From Marinicella sp. (GTDB taxonomy: Bacteria; Pseudomonadota; Gammaproteobacteria; Xanthomonadales; Marinicellaceae): a stretch of DNA of 64,000 nucleotides. The stretch spans positions 3,072,001 to 3,136,000 of the forward strand of contig OZ246001.1 of the NCBI GenBank assembly GCA_965230295.1, in the 5' to 3' direction. Below are positions 29,433-39,190 of this stretch, one piece after another. The position numbers were made by a program, and so were the translations under genes. The notes under the pieces were generated by a model. That model was not told where the DNA came from, did no database searches, and worked only from the letters and a program-made list of their open reading frames with translations. How positions within the stretch are numbered: the first letter of the stretch is position 1; each line of letters starts with the position of its first letter.

Positions 29433-30490
29433 ATGAAGCCGCAAGTAACTGGATGATTTATGGAGCCACCGGTTATTCTGGTGAGCTGATTACGGCACAT
29501 GCAGTGGCGTCTGGCTTAAAACCAGTCCTGGCAGGGCGGAATGAAAACAAAGTCAAAGCATTGGCCGAAAAATATGGTCTGGATTACCGTGTATTCAGTA
29601 TCGATATGTTGTCACAATCAGATGCTTTGATTGCTCAAATGGACTTGGTACTGAATTGTGCCGGTCCTTTTTCACAGACGGCAGATGTGGTGATGCAAGC
29701 TTGTTTGAAACAACAAGCGCATTACCTGGACATCACCGGTGAGATTGATGTTTTTGAATTGGCTGCCAGTTTAGACGCTGCTGCGAAAGAACGTGAAGTG
29801 GTATTGTGCCCTGGTGTCGGGTTCGATGTGATACCTACCGATTGCGTGGCAGGAAAATTGAAGACCATGATGCCTGATGCCACAGATTTGACCCTTGGGT
29901 TTGACTCTCGTTCTGGGTTCAGTCCAGGAACTGCAAAAACATCAGTTGAAGCCTTGCCGCATGGAGGCAAAGTGAGAAAGGCAGGAGAGATAGTGACTGT
30001 GCCTTTGGCAGCGAACACCCGAAAAATTGACTTTGGTGGTGGTGAAAAGTTAGCGATGACCATTCCTTGGGGAGATGTTTCTACCGCCTATCACAACACC
30101 AACATTCCAAATATTGAAGTGTATATTCCCGCATCACCAGGCATGATCAAACAAGTCAAAAGAATGAACTGGTTTAAACCTGTTTTGGGGTTGGGCTTTG
30201 TACAAAATTTCTTGAAGAGGCGCATTGAGAAAAAAGTCAAAGGTCCTGACCAGGCAACCCGGGCAAAATTAACCACATTTGTGTGGGGTGAGGTCAAAAA
30301 TGCGGCCGGTGAGGTCAACACGTACCGCATCGAAGTGGCCAATGGTTATGAGGTGACTGCGACTGGATCGGTCTATGTGGCACAAGCTTTGTTGGGAGGC
30401 CTTGCTGAGTCTAATGGTTATCAGACGCCATCAACATTGTTAGGTATTGATTTGATTGAGAAATTACCAGGCACAACAATCATTGGCTGA
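29429..30490 (+). CDS. Saccharopine-dehydrogenase-like oxidoreductase
   Basis: YGATGYSG, NCAGPF, YLDITGE, GFDVIPTD. Confidence 0.85.
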   Translation: MNEAASNWMIYGATGYSGELITAHAVASGLKPVLAGRNENKVKALAEKYGLDYRVFSIDMLSQSDALIAQMDLVLNCAGPFSQTADVVMQACLKQQAHYLDITGEIDVFELAASLDAAAKEREVVLCPGVGFDVIPTDCVAGKLKTMMPDATDLTLGFDSRSGFSPGTAKTSVEALPHGGKVRKAGEIVTVPLAANTRKIDFGGGEKLAMTIPWGDVSTAYHNTNIPNIEVYIPASPGMIKQVKRMNWFKPVLGLGFVQNFLKRRIEKKVKGPDQATRAKLTTFVWGEVKNAAGEVNTYRIEVANGYEVTATGSVYVAQALLGGLAESNGYQTPSTLLGIDLIEKLPGTTIIG

Positions 30491-30495
30491 TATGA

Positions 30496-30641
30496 GGAAT
30501 GTTCTTGGGGCTTCATTCACTTTTATCCCTGACAAAAGTGAAAACGACCGCGGCGAACATGACTTGCTACTTTGCGCTCTTCGCCTCTGATTCGCTATGC
30601 TCACCAACCGGCTCGGCGGGTCAAGCTGCTCAGCAGCTTTC
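30496..30641 (-). repeat. Modular hairpin repeat element, copy 4 (short form)
   Basis: Colinear with 1714-1861 across its full length. Confidence 0.85.
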
Positions 30642-30659
30642 AGTTGTGTAATACGAATT

Positions 30660-30673
30660 TGTAACTACATGTA
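30660..30673 (-). promoter_or_regulatory. RstA-box-like direct repeat
   Basis: TGTAACTACATGTA is the reverse complement of TACATGTAGTTACA, an exact fit to consensus. Confidence 0.55.
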
Positions 30674-30769
30674 TTTGACTGTTGGTAAAATGTTGCATTG
30701 ACCTATAAACATACCTTTTGCTATTGATTTATTGGTATCATGTATCTGTTGATAATAACGGATGTACCA

Positions 30770-32371
30770 ATGAAATATACTTTTTTGGCGTTTTTTCTGA
30801 TTCTTAGTGGTTGGGCTCAGTCTGCATTGAAGCCTGCAGATGGGCTGTGGCGAAGCACTGATGATCCGGACATTGGATCTGGTTTGATGATGGTGACACA
30901 AGGCGACATTACACTGATCAGTATTTATTCTTACACCCTTGAAGGTAAACCTAAGTGGTATCTGGCAGTCGGCCAAGTAGATGAAAATGGATTATTAACT
31001 GCGGATTTGATAGAAACATTCAGTGGAACTTCCATTTTGGCTGATCATCCTGATTCAGCTTCTGTTGTGAGTGAAGTAAGGCAGTTAACCATCCAATTTG
31101 ACGGGGTACAAACTGCCAGATTTGCCATTGATGACAGTGACTATAAATCAATCCAACCGCTTACATTTGGACACTCGTCTTTCATAACTGAACACCTCAA
31201 CCTCAGTGATGGAACATTTTATGCGGTACCTGACCCAACGGGATCTTGGGCTCTTGCAGATCCAAGTGGTGGAGATGCTTATGTTTTAACACTTGCGGAA
31301 GTCGACGGTGATTCAACTGAACCATTTCTACAAAAGTATTATTCCAGCAGCCACAGCAGTACAGAAAACTGGTTGCTCAAATGTCCTCATCAATTCTTTC
31401 CAAACACATTGCCATTTTCTCAGCCATTTTGTGTTTTAGATAGAAATAACGAAAATCTGGAGCCATTGCGATTACCCTTCAATGAATTGAGTTATGGTCA
31501 CATGGCTTTGAAATCTCAGAACGATGTTACTTTCGTTGGCCATCGAACTCGCTTTGATCATGGTTTGAAACCCAATGATGGGTATTGGCGCCCTGAAGAT
31601 GATCCTGACATCGGCAGTGGTGTGGTGATGACCACCCAAGGTGATGTGACAGTGGTTTTGATTTACAGCTATGATGATCTGGGCCTGCCTGTTTGGCAAA
31701 TTGCCAGCGGGGTGTTTGATGCTCAAGGTCTACTTCAGACGCCTTTGATTTCGACCACAGGCGGTTCACCGATAGAGGTCAATGGTAAGACCACAGCAAT
31801 TGTGACTGGGTTAACCCAAAGCTTAGAAATTCAATTGATTGGCACAGAGCTGGCCACTTTCAGTATCGACGGTTCAACCCCTAAACACATCCAAGTTAAT
31901 AATTTTGGAGCTGAACTGTATTCAACAGAGCAAGTTCAAGTGAATGAGAAATCCTATCAATTTCCTGATCAAGCCGGACAGTGGCTGGTGGTTGATAATC
32001 AATTGGCGATGTTTGAAGTAGTCAACTTGAATTATTATGACCCCAATGCAACCATCAGTCCTGCCATTCCATATTTGATCGGAGCCAGGGCTTACAGTGA
32101 CTTTGGAAGCAATCAACAGGTTGACATTGACTTTACTTGTTCAGTGACAACCACGGGGTATACTAATGTGCCAGAAGTGCTCCAGCCATATTGTTTAGGC
32201 ACATTTTATATGCCACAAAGTAACCTTTATAATCGACTGACTAAGTTGTATTTTCAGGACATTGGTGTGAATAATTTTAGGTCTTACCTGGGGCCTGATA
32301 ACGGAACCATCCAAGAGATTGAAAATCTTGACCGCAGCGAAAACTACATTCAGTATTACCGATTGGACTGA
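30770..32371 (+). CDS. Secreted protein with internal duplication, function unknown
   Basis: Signal peptide from MKYTFL. LKPADGLWRSTDDPDIGSG is repeated as LKPNDGYWRPEDDPDIGSG. Confidence 0.8.
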   Translation: MKYTFLAFFLILSGWAQSALKPADGLWRSTDDPDIGSGLMMVTQGDITLISIYSYTLEGKPKWYLAVGQVDENGLLTADLIETFSGTSILADHPDSASVVSEVRQLTIQFDGVQTARFAIDDSDYKSIQPLTFGHSSFITEHLNLSDGTFYAVPDPTGSWALADPSGGDAYVLTLAEVDGDSTEPFLQKYYSSSHSSTENWLLKCPHQFFPNTLPFSQPFCVLDRNNENLEPLRLPFNELSYGHMALKSQNDVTFVGHRTRFDHGLKPNDGYWRPEDDPDIGSGVVMTTQGDVTVVLIYSYDDLGLPVWQIASGVFDAQGLLQTPLISTTGGSPIEVNGKTTAIVTGLTQSLEIQLIGTELATFSIDGSTPKHIQVNNFGAELYSTEQVQVNEKSYQFPDQAGQWLVVDNQLAMFEVVNLNYYDPNATISPAIPYLIGARAYSDFGSNQQVDIDFTCSVTTTGYTNVPEVLQPYCLGTFYMPQSNLYNRLTKLYFQDIGVNNFRSYLGPDNGTIQEIENLDRSENYIQYYRLD

Positions 32372-32379
32372 CTCAGGTC

Positions 32380-33006
32380 TTAGGACAAGAACTGTTTAGA
32401 TAATTCATCCAGGAATGCCCTTTGTTTGTCATCCAGAAAGGGTGCAATCATTTGCAGAATGTGGAATATGCCATGTGACAATTTCTTTTGTTCATCGAAG
32501 TTGTCATCGAAAATAGCCACTGAATAATTCAACCAAAAGGTAGAGGTCAGGGCAATTTGGTCTGCCAGGTTGGCAGTGGTTCTTTGGTCGGCTGATATCA
32601 CCCCATCTTTTCTCAGCAGTTCCAATATATTTAAGGCGGTTTGAGATTTAAGGGCCAGGATGTGTCGAAAGTGTCTTTTCAAAAAATCAATGCGGTTCAT
32701 CAACTGAATCAAATTTCGGTATAAGAACCTGTACTCAACAATCACTTCAAACACCATGTTTAAGTACAGCCACATGTCTTTCATCGACGCATGGTCTAAA
32801 TCAGGTGAATCTAAGACGGCTTTGATCTTTTTTTCATACTGTAAAAAGATTTGCCAGATGATGTCGTCTTTGCTTTTGTAATGGTAATAAAGGTTGCCAG
32901 GGCTGATGTCCATTTCATCGGCAATGTGGTTGGTGGTGACGTTGGGTTCACCTTCTTCGTTGAACAGCATCAACGCTGTGGCCAAAATGCGGTCCTTGGT
33001 TTTCAA
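32380..33006 (-). CDS. TetR-family regulator
   Basis: KTKDRIL..LFNEEGEPNVTTNHIADEMDISPGNLYYH. TTG start. Confidence 0.9.
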   Translation of the reverse strand: MKTKDRILATALMLFNEEGEPNVTTNHIADEMDISPGNLYYHYKSKDDIIWQIFLQYEKKIKAVLDSPDLDHASMKDMWLYLNMVFEVIVEYRFLYRNLIQLMNRIDFLKRHFRHILALKSQTALNILELLRKDGVISADQRTTANLADQIALTSTFWLNYSVAIFDDNFDEQKKLSHGIFHILQMIAPFLDDKQRAFLDELSKQFLS

Positions 33007-33264
33007 TTATTCAGCCAATTTGTTGACCAGATCAACATACTGTTGTTTGGCATCATCACTGCTGATACCTTTTAACTTTTCCCATGCTTCATACTTGGCA
33101 GCACCCACAAAATCGAAAAAGCCAGGTTTTTCTCCTTGAACATCGCCTGTTGATCCTTGTTTATATAAAGCGTACAGTTTAAGTAAGGTACCGTCATCTG
33201 GTCGTTTGGTTAAATTTTTTATGTCTTTCTGTGCATTCTCAAATGCATCATTTAATTCAGTCAT
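33007..33264 (-). CDS. Acyl-CoA-binding protein
   Basis: LLKLYALYKQGSTGD..KPGFFDFVG.AKYEAW. Confidence 0.9.
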   Translation of the reverse strand: MTELNDAFENAQKDIKNLTKRPDDGTLLKLYALYKQGSTGDVQGEKPGFFDFVGAAKYEAWEKLKGISSDDAKQQYVDLVNKLAE

Positions 33265-33344
33265 GTTATGATAATCGAAAATTGAATAAGCTTCATTTGA
33301 CACGATTTTAAATCAACGGTCAATCAAATAACGGGAGAAAATTA

Positions 33345-35330
33345 ATGTCATATTTCATTACAGGTGCCACAGGCTTTGTCGGAAGACACTTGTTAGAAAA
33401 ATTGTTTGCAAGATCAGGTCATATTTACCTGTTGGTCCGTTCCGGGTCGAAAACTAAATTAAAAAAGATGCTGGAAGAAATGGATGCGCCCATGCGTCGT
33501 ATTGACATGATCACAGGTGATTTGACCAAAAACAGTTTGGGCGTCAGTAAAAAGAACAGAGACATGATGAAGGGCAAAGTGAAGCATTTTTATCATTTGG
33601 CTGCCATTTATGACATGAGTGCCGGTCTGGATGAACAAATGGCGGCCAATGTGGATGGCACTTCTCATGCGGTTCATTTGGCAGAAGCCATCAAAGCCAA
33701 GTGTTTCCATCATGTTTCCTCGATTGCTGCTGCCGGTATGTATCCAGGCGTGTTCCGTGAAGACATGTTTGAAGAAGCAGAAGAGCTGGATCACCCATAC
33801 TTTAAAACCAAACACGATTCAGAAGCGGTGGTCAGACACACCTGCCAGATTCCATACCGCATTTATCGACCAGCGATGGTCCTGGGACATTCAAAAACCG
33901 GTGAAATTGACAAAATTGACGGGCCTTATTATTTCTTTAAACTGATTCAAAAACTGCGCAATACGTTCCCGAAATGGATGCCTATGATGGGCATTGAAGG
34001 TGGTCGACTGAACATGGTTCCAGTGGATTATGTGGTGGATGTTTTGGACCACATTTCACATCAGAAAGGTCTGGATGGCGGTTGTTTTCACATCACTGAC
34101 CCTAAGCCCCGAAGGATTGGTAATGTGCTGAATATTTTTGCCGATGCTGCCAATGCGCCGCAGATGAACATGCGGGTTGATGCACGCATTTTTAATTTTA
34201 TTCCAGGGGCCGTGAAGCAGGGTTTGATGATGTTGTCGCCAGTGAAGCGCATTCGATCGCAGGTGTTCAATGATTTGGGTATTCCCCCCGGAATTTTGAA
34301 GTTCATTAATTATCCAACGAGATTTGATGACCGTGAAACACAAAAAGCAATCAAAGGTTCCGGCATCAAATTACCTAAGCTGAAAAAATATGCATGGCGT
34401 CTATGGGATTATTGGGAACGGAATCTGGATCCTGATCTGTTCATTGATAAATCCTTATCAGGCCGGGTTAAAGACAAACGTGTCATGGTAACTGGGGCCA
34501 CTTCTGGTATTGGTTTGGCGGTGGCAGAAATGTTGGCAGATGCCGGCGCTCATTTGATCATTGTGGCCCGCGGTAAGGAAAAATTGGATGAGACAACCAA
34601 AGAATTGAAAAAGAAAGGCATCAAAGTTTCACCTTATACCGCTGATTTGTCTGATGAGAAATCAGCAAAGAAACTGGTCAAAGATGTGATCAAGGATTTA
34701 GGTGGTGTGGACATCTTGGTGAACAATGCAGGTCGCTCAATTCGCCGATCAATTGCCTTGTCATATGACCGATTCCATGATTTTGAAAGGACCATGGATT
34801 TGAATTATTTTGGTTCATTGCGTTTGATTATGGGCTTTTTACCCGGTATGTCAGAACGTCGTGCGGGTCATGTGATCAATATTTCATCCATTGGGGTATT
34901 GACCAACGCACCAAGATTCTCAGCCTACGTGGCATCAAAAGCTGCATTGGATGCTTTTTCCCGGTGTGCGGCTGCCGAATACAACGATTTGAATGTGGCC
35001 TTTACCACCATTAATATGCCACTGGTGAGAACACCCATGATTGCACCCACCAAAATGTATAACAACGTGCCCACCATTTCACCTGAAGAGTCGGCTTTGT
35101 TCATCAAAGACGCCATCATCAGACGCCCTCAACGGGTGGCCACTCGATTGGGTATTTTTGCGCAGGTGATGCATGCAGTCATGCCAAAATCCATGGAAGT
35201 GATGATGAATACTGCATTCAACATGTTCCCGGATTCGGCAGCTGCTCGGGGTGATACCAGCAGTGCTCCGAAAGAGGTTTCACCAGAACAAATGGCATTT
35301 GCCAGTTTGATGCGTGGCGTACATTGGTGA
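33345..35330 (+). CDS. Two-domain fatty acyl-CoA reductase (Marinobacter Maqu_2507 type)
   Basis: 661 aa. N-terminal TGATGFVG extended SDR plus C-terminal SDR with NNAGRSIRR, YVASK, INMPLVRTPMIAPT. Confidence 0.85.
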   Translation: MSYFITGATGFVGRHLLEKLFARSGHIYLLVRSGSKTKLKKMLEEMDAPMRRIDMITGDLTKNSLGVSKKNRDMMKGKVKHFYHLAAIYDMSAGLDEQMAANVDGTSHAVHLAEAIKAKCFHHVSSIAAAGMYPGVFREDMFEEAEELDHPYFKTKHDSEAVVRHTCQIPYRIYRPAMVLGHSKTGEIDKIDGPYYFFKLIQKLRNTFPKWMPMMGIEGGRLNMVPVDYVVDVLDHISHQKGLDGGCFHITDPKPRRIGNVLNIFADAANAPQMNMRVDARIFNFIPGAVKQGLMMLSPVKRIRSQVFNDLGIPPGILKFINYPTRFDDRETQKAIKGSGIKLPKLKKYAWRLWDYWERNLDPDLFIDKSLSGRVKDKRVMVTGATSGIGLAVAEMLADAGAHLIIVARGKEKLDETTKELKKKGIKVSPYTADLSDEKSAKKLVKDVIKDLGGVDILVNNAGRSIRRSIALSYDRFHDFERTMDLNYFGSLRLIMGFLPGMSERRAGHVINISSIGVLTNAPRFSAYVASKAALDAFSRCAAAEYNDLNVAFTTINMPLVRTPMIAPTKMYNNVPTISPEESALFIKDAIIRRPQRVATRLGIFAQVMHAVMPKSMEVMMNTAFNMFPDSAAARGDTSSAPKEVSPEQMAFASLMRGVHW

Positions 35331-35438
35331 TGGTTGGCTAAATTCAGAAGAAGAAAAATTCTTTACAGAAATTTTCTTCTTCAATCGTTACAATACGTGA
35401 CAATTTTATAAGTAAGCATGATCCATAGGAGTGTTTGA

Positions 35439-36047
35439 GTGTTTGAAATAGTCAGCAGCGGCGGCGTAGTGATGATTTTCTTATTGATTTTGATGGCCTT
35501 GGCCATGATGATCGTGGGCGAACGATTTTGGAGCCTGAGAGACAAAGAAATCATTCCTCAGGAATTGCCTGATCAGGTCATAGAATGGTCGAAAAAGAAA
35601 AACTTAGATCAAAAACACATCGACCAACTGGCAGAAACATCTCCACTTGGTTATTTAATGGCAGTGGCCTTGCGAAAGCGCAATGACCCAAGGGATGAAA
35701 TCATTGAATCCGTTGAAGATGCCGGCAGACACTTGTCACATCAATTAGAAAAGCCTTTAAACTGGTTGAATGCCATCGGAGAAGTGTCCCCATTGTTGGG
35801 TTTGTTGGGTACCGTTATTGGTATGATGAAAGTCTTTGCCAACATCATGGAGTTTGGAGTGGGTAATGCCAACCAACTGGCAGGTGGTATTTCGCAGGCC
35901 TTAACTACCACAGCAGCCGGCCTGATTGTTGCCATACCTGCGGTTCTGTTTTACCGCCACTTTAAAAATAAGATTGCAGATCAAACCATTGTCATGGAAC
36001 AACAGGTCATGCAACTCATTGACTCAATCAGCAACAGCAAACCATGA
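35439..36047 (+). CDS. exbB: MotA/TolQ/ExbB family protein
   Basis: PLLGLLGTVIGM, GISQALTTTAAGL. Confidence 0.85.
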   Translation: MFEIVSSGGVVMIFLLILMALAMMIVGERFWSLRDKEIIPQELPDQVIEWSKKKNLDQKHIDQLAETSPLGYLMAVALRKRNDPRDEIIESVEDAGRHLSHQLEKPLNWLNAIGEVSPLLGLLGTVIGMMKVFANIMEFGVGNANQLAGGISQALTTTAAGLIVAIPAVLFYRHFKNKIADQTIVMEQQVMQLIDSISNSKP

Positions 36048-36466
36048 AAATCACCAGTCAGCAACCTGAAAGCAGGAAACTGAATTTAACGCCATTGATA
36101 GATGTGGTGTTTTTGTTGTTGATCTTTTTCATGGTCAGTACCACGTTCGAGAAACAAGCCAAATTAAAAATTGAGTTACCAGAAGCCAGCGTTGAACCTG
36201 CCGTTTCCCAACAACAAGATCTGGTTATCTCCATCAGCCAAAAGGGCGTGTTTTTTGTGAATAACAATGAATTGGTGAATGCCCAGCGGCAGTCGTTACA
36301 AAATGCATTGCAAAAAACAGTTGAGGATGCCAGAGACATGCCTGTGATCATCCGGGCGGATGCCAATGTGGCGCACAAACATGTGGTCATGGCCATGGAT
36401 GTGTTGGGTGGTATGGGCTTTGAAAAAGTATCAATGGCCACCACCCAAGCCAGTGACAGTCAGTGA
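36044..36466 (+). CDS. exbD: ExbD/TolR family protein
   Basis: NLTPLIDVVFLLLIFFMV. Confidence 0.85.
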   Translation: MKITSQQPESRKLNLTPLIDVVFLLLIFFMVSTTFEKQAKLKIELPEASVEPAVSQQQDLVISISQKGVFFVNNNELVNAQRQSLQNALQKTVEDARDMPVIIRADANVAHKHVVMAMDVLGGMGFEKVSMATTQASDSQ

Positions 36467-38214
36467 ATACTGAAAAACATCAGTCAACCTACTTGGGGTT
36501 GTTGCGTTATGTGAAACCTTACAGAATGGTCTTCTTTGTTGCTATTTTGGGTGCGATTGTGGATGCAGCCATGAAGGCTTTCTTTATCTGGTCACTGTCT
36601 TACATACTTGAAAAAGCATTTGAACTCAAAGACCCATTGTGGATCAAGTCAATCCCAGTGTTTGTGATCACTGTATTTTTGATTCGCAGTATGGGAAATT
36701 TTGCTGCAGCCTATGGTTTTACCTGGGTGGGGCGCAAAGTGGTCAATGATCTTCGATTGGCTGTTTTTGGACAGTATTTAAGGTTGCCACAGCAGTTCTA
36801 TGACAAAAACTCTTCGGGAGGATTGATCTCAAGAATCACCTATGACATCGAACAAATGGCCAATGGGGTATCGAAAAACTTTGTTTTGATCATTCGAGAA
36901 GCCTTATCAATTGTGTTTTATTTGGCGGTGATGTTTTATTGGTCTTGGCAATTGGCCTTGGCTGCTTTTGTGGCATTTCCATTGATTGGCTTGATTATTC
37001 GTTTGGTTAATAAACGTTTCAGACGCATTGGACATGGCATTCAAAGATCTATTGCTGACATCACCCAAACAGTTGAAGAGGTGGTCAAAGGCCATAAAAT
37101 TGTAAAAATTTTCAAAGGCCAAAATCAAGAAAAAGACAAGTTTGCCAAAAACATCAAGACCAACCGGCAGCTCCAAGTCAAAATTGTGGCTACCCAAGAA
37201 GTGATGTCATCGATCAACTTGATGCTGGTGGCTGTGGCCTTATCCTTTATCATGTATGTGGCTGCCACTTCAGACATGAGTGCTGCCAATTTCATGTCCT
37301 TCATGATGGCGATGTTGGCTTTGATGCCCACCATAAAAAACCTCTCGGCTGTTTTTTCAACCATACAAACCACTTTGGCAGCAGCTGATAGTGTGATGCA
37401 TGTATTGCAGGAATCACCAGAAAAAGACACTGGGGCTGATGCCTTTAGTGCTGAGCAAGTGGGTTTTGAATTCAAACAAGTTTCATTCACCTATGACAGT
37501 GAGACCACGGCACTTAATGACATCAGTTTGAACATTACAGCCGGTGAGAGTGTCGCTTTTGTGGGCGCTTCCGGTGGCGGTAAAACGACATTGGTTAACT
37601 TGGTGCCACGATTTTATGATGTAACACAAGGTGAGATCCTCATCAATGGACACAACATCCAGGCATACACTTTATCCAGCCTGCGAGATCACATATCTGT
37701 GGTCAGCCAGGAAGTGGTCTTGTTCAATGACACTGTGAAAAATAACATTGCCTATGGTTCACAAGCAGACAGTTCGGATGAAGACATCATCAAAGCAGCG
37801 CAACAAGCCAATGCCTTGTCTTTCATTGAGGAACTGCCGGATGGTTTTGAAACCGAATTGGGAGACAATGGGACCCGCCTGTCTGGTGGACAGCGCCAAC
37901 GCATTGCCATTGCACGGGCGATATTAAAAAATGCCCCGGTTTTGATCCTGGATGAAGCCACTTCTGCACTGGACACCGAATCGGAAAAGCACATTCAACA
38001 AGCGTTAGAAAAATTGATGGTCGGTCGCACCACGTTGGTGATAGCACACCGCTTATCTACCATTGAAAATGTTGATAAAGTTGTGGTGCTGAATCAAGGT
38101 CAGGTGGCTCAAACAGGTACCCATTCACAATTGATGGCTGAACCTGGTATCTATGCTCAATTACAACACAGTCAACAGTTAACCAACACACAGGCAGACA
38201 CAACCCATGAATGA
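36463..38214 (+). CDS. msbA: Lipid A flippase MsbA
   Basis: ABC TMD plus NBD (GASGGGKT, LSGGQRQR), directly upstream of lpxK. Confidence 0.9.
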   Translation: MNTEKHQSTYLGLLRYVKPYRMVFFVAILGAIVDAAMKAFFIWSLSYILEKAFELKDPLWIKSIPVFVITVFLIRSMGNFAAAYGFTWVGRKVVNDLRLAVFGQYLRLPQQFYDKNSSGGLISRITYDIEQMANGVSKNFVLIIREALSIVFYLAVMFYWSWQLALAAFVAFPLIGLIIRLVNKRFRRIGHGIQRSIADITQTVEEVVKGHKIVKIFKGQNQEKDKFAKNIKTNRQLQVKIVATQEVMSSINLMLVAVALSFIMYVAATSDMSAANFMSFMMAMLALMPTIKNLSAVFSTIQTTLAAADSVMHVLQESPEKDTGADAFSAEQVGFEFKQVSFTYDSETTALNDISLNITAGESVAFVGASGGGKTTLVNLVPRFYDVTQGEILINGHNIQAYTLSSLRDHISVVSQEVVLFNDTVKNNIAYGSQADSSDEDIIKAAQQANALSFIEELPDGFETELGDNGTRLSGGQRQRIAIARAILKNAPVLILDEATSALDTESEKHIQQALEKLMVGRTTLVIAHRLSTIENVDKVVVLNQGQVAQTGTHSQLMAEPGIYAQLQHSQQLTNTQADTTHE

Positions 38215-39190
38215 AGAGAAAATTCGCCAACGGTGGTATGGCGGTGGTAAAGTCAGTGGTATTGCTCGCTTGGGTGCAAAATTCTTTTCAGTCCTTGTGG
38301 GCTTCAGAAAGTGGCTTTATTCAATCGGACTGAAAAAAACACACCGGTTGAATGTGCCAGTTATTGTGGTTGGCAACATCACAGCAGGTGGTGGTGGTAA
38401 AACCCCGATGGTCATCTGGCTGGCGCAACATTTACAAGCACAAGGCTATAAGCCTGGAATCATTTCCAGAGGGTATGGTGGGAAACGCAAAGTTGAACCC
38501 ATGTTTGTCACAGCCAATGCCAACCCGGCTGCTTCTGGCGATGAACCCTTACTGATGTCAAAGAAAACAAAATTGCCCGTGATGGTTGGTAAAGATCGGG
38601 TCAAAGCCGGTAAAATGTTGATCAAAAATTATTCAGTCAATGTCATTGTGGCTGATGATGGTTTACAACATTTGGGACTGGGTCGTGATGCTGAAATTGT
38701 GATGCTGGACGCCAAATGGCGAACGGGAAACCACCTCATGTTACCAGCGGGACCCTTGCGGGAGCCTTTGGAACGTTTGAATGCTGTCGACCTGGTGGTG
38801 TTCAAAGGGTACATGGACAACCAACATCATTATGATTTTGAGATAGAAACCATCCATCAGCTCAATCATCCCAGTGTGGTCAAAGAATTTGCTGATTTTC
38901 GCAATAAAAAAGTGGTGGCCATGGCCGGTATCGCCAACCCCGATAGTTTTTTCTCCTTGTTAGCCGCTGCGGGTATGGCCATTGTTAAACAACCATTGCC
39001 TGATCATCATGACCTCACAGCTGCTGATTTTGAGCCACATGAAGACACATTTGTTCTGATCACTGAAAAAGATGCGGTTAAATGTGAGCATATGAATTTA
39101 TCGCATGTCTGGGTGGTCAAGATGAAAATCAACCTGCCTGAAGAAACCATCGCGGCATTGGATGATGTGATTCAAAAGGTGATGTCATGA
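38207..39190 (+). CDS. lpxK: Tetraacyldisaccharide 4'-kinase
   Basis: VGNITAGGGGKTP, SRGYG, DDGLQH, PAGPLRE, TEKDAVK. Confidence 0.95.
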   Translation: MNEEKIRQRWYGGGKVSGIARLGAKFFSVLVGFRKWLYSIGLKKTHRLNVPVIVVGNITAGGGGKTPMVIWLAQHLQAQGYKPGIISRGYGGKRKVEPMFVTANANPAASGDEPLLMSKKTKLPVMVGKDRVKAGKMLIKNYSVNVIVADDGLQHLGLGRDAEIVMLDAKWRTGNHLMLPAGPLREPLERLNAVDLVVFKGYMDNQHHYDFEIETIHQLNHPSVVKEFADFRNKKVVAMAGIANPDSFFSLLAAAGMAIVKQPLPDHHDLTAADFEPHEDTFVLITEKDAVKCEHMNLSHVWVVKMKINLPEETIAALDDVIQKVMS

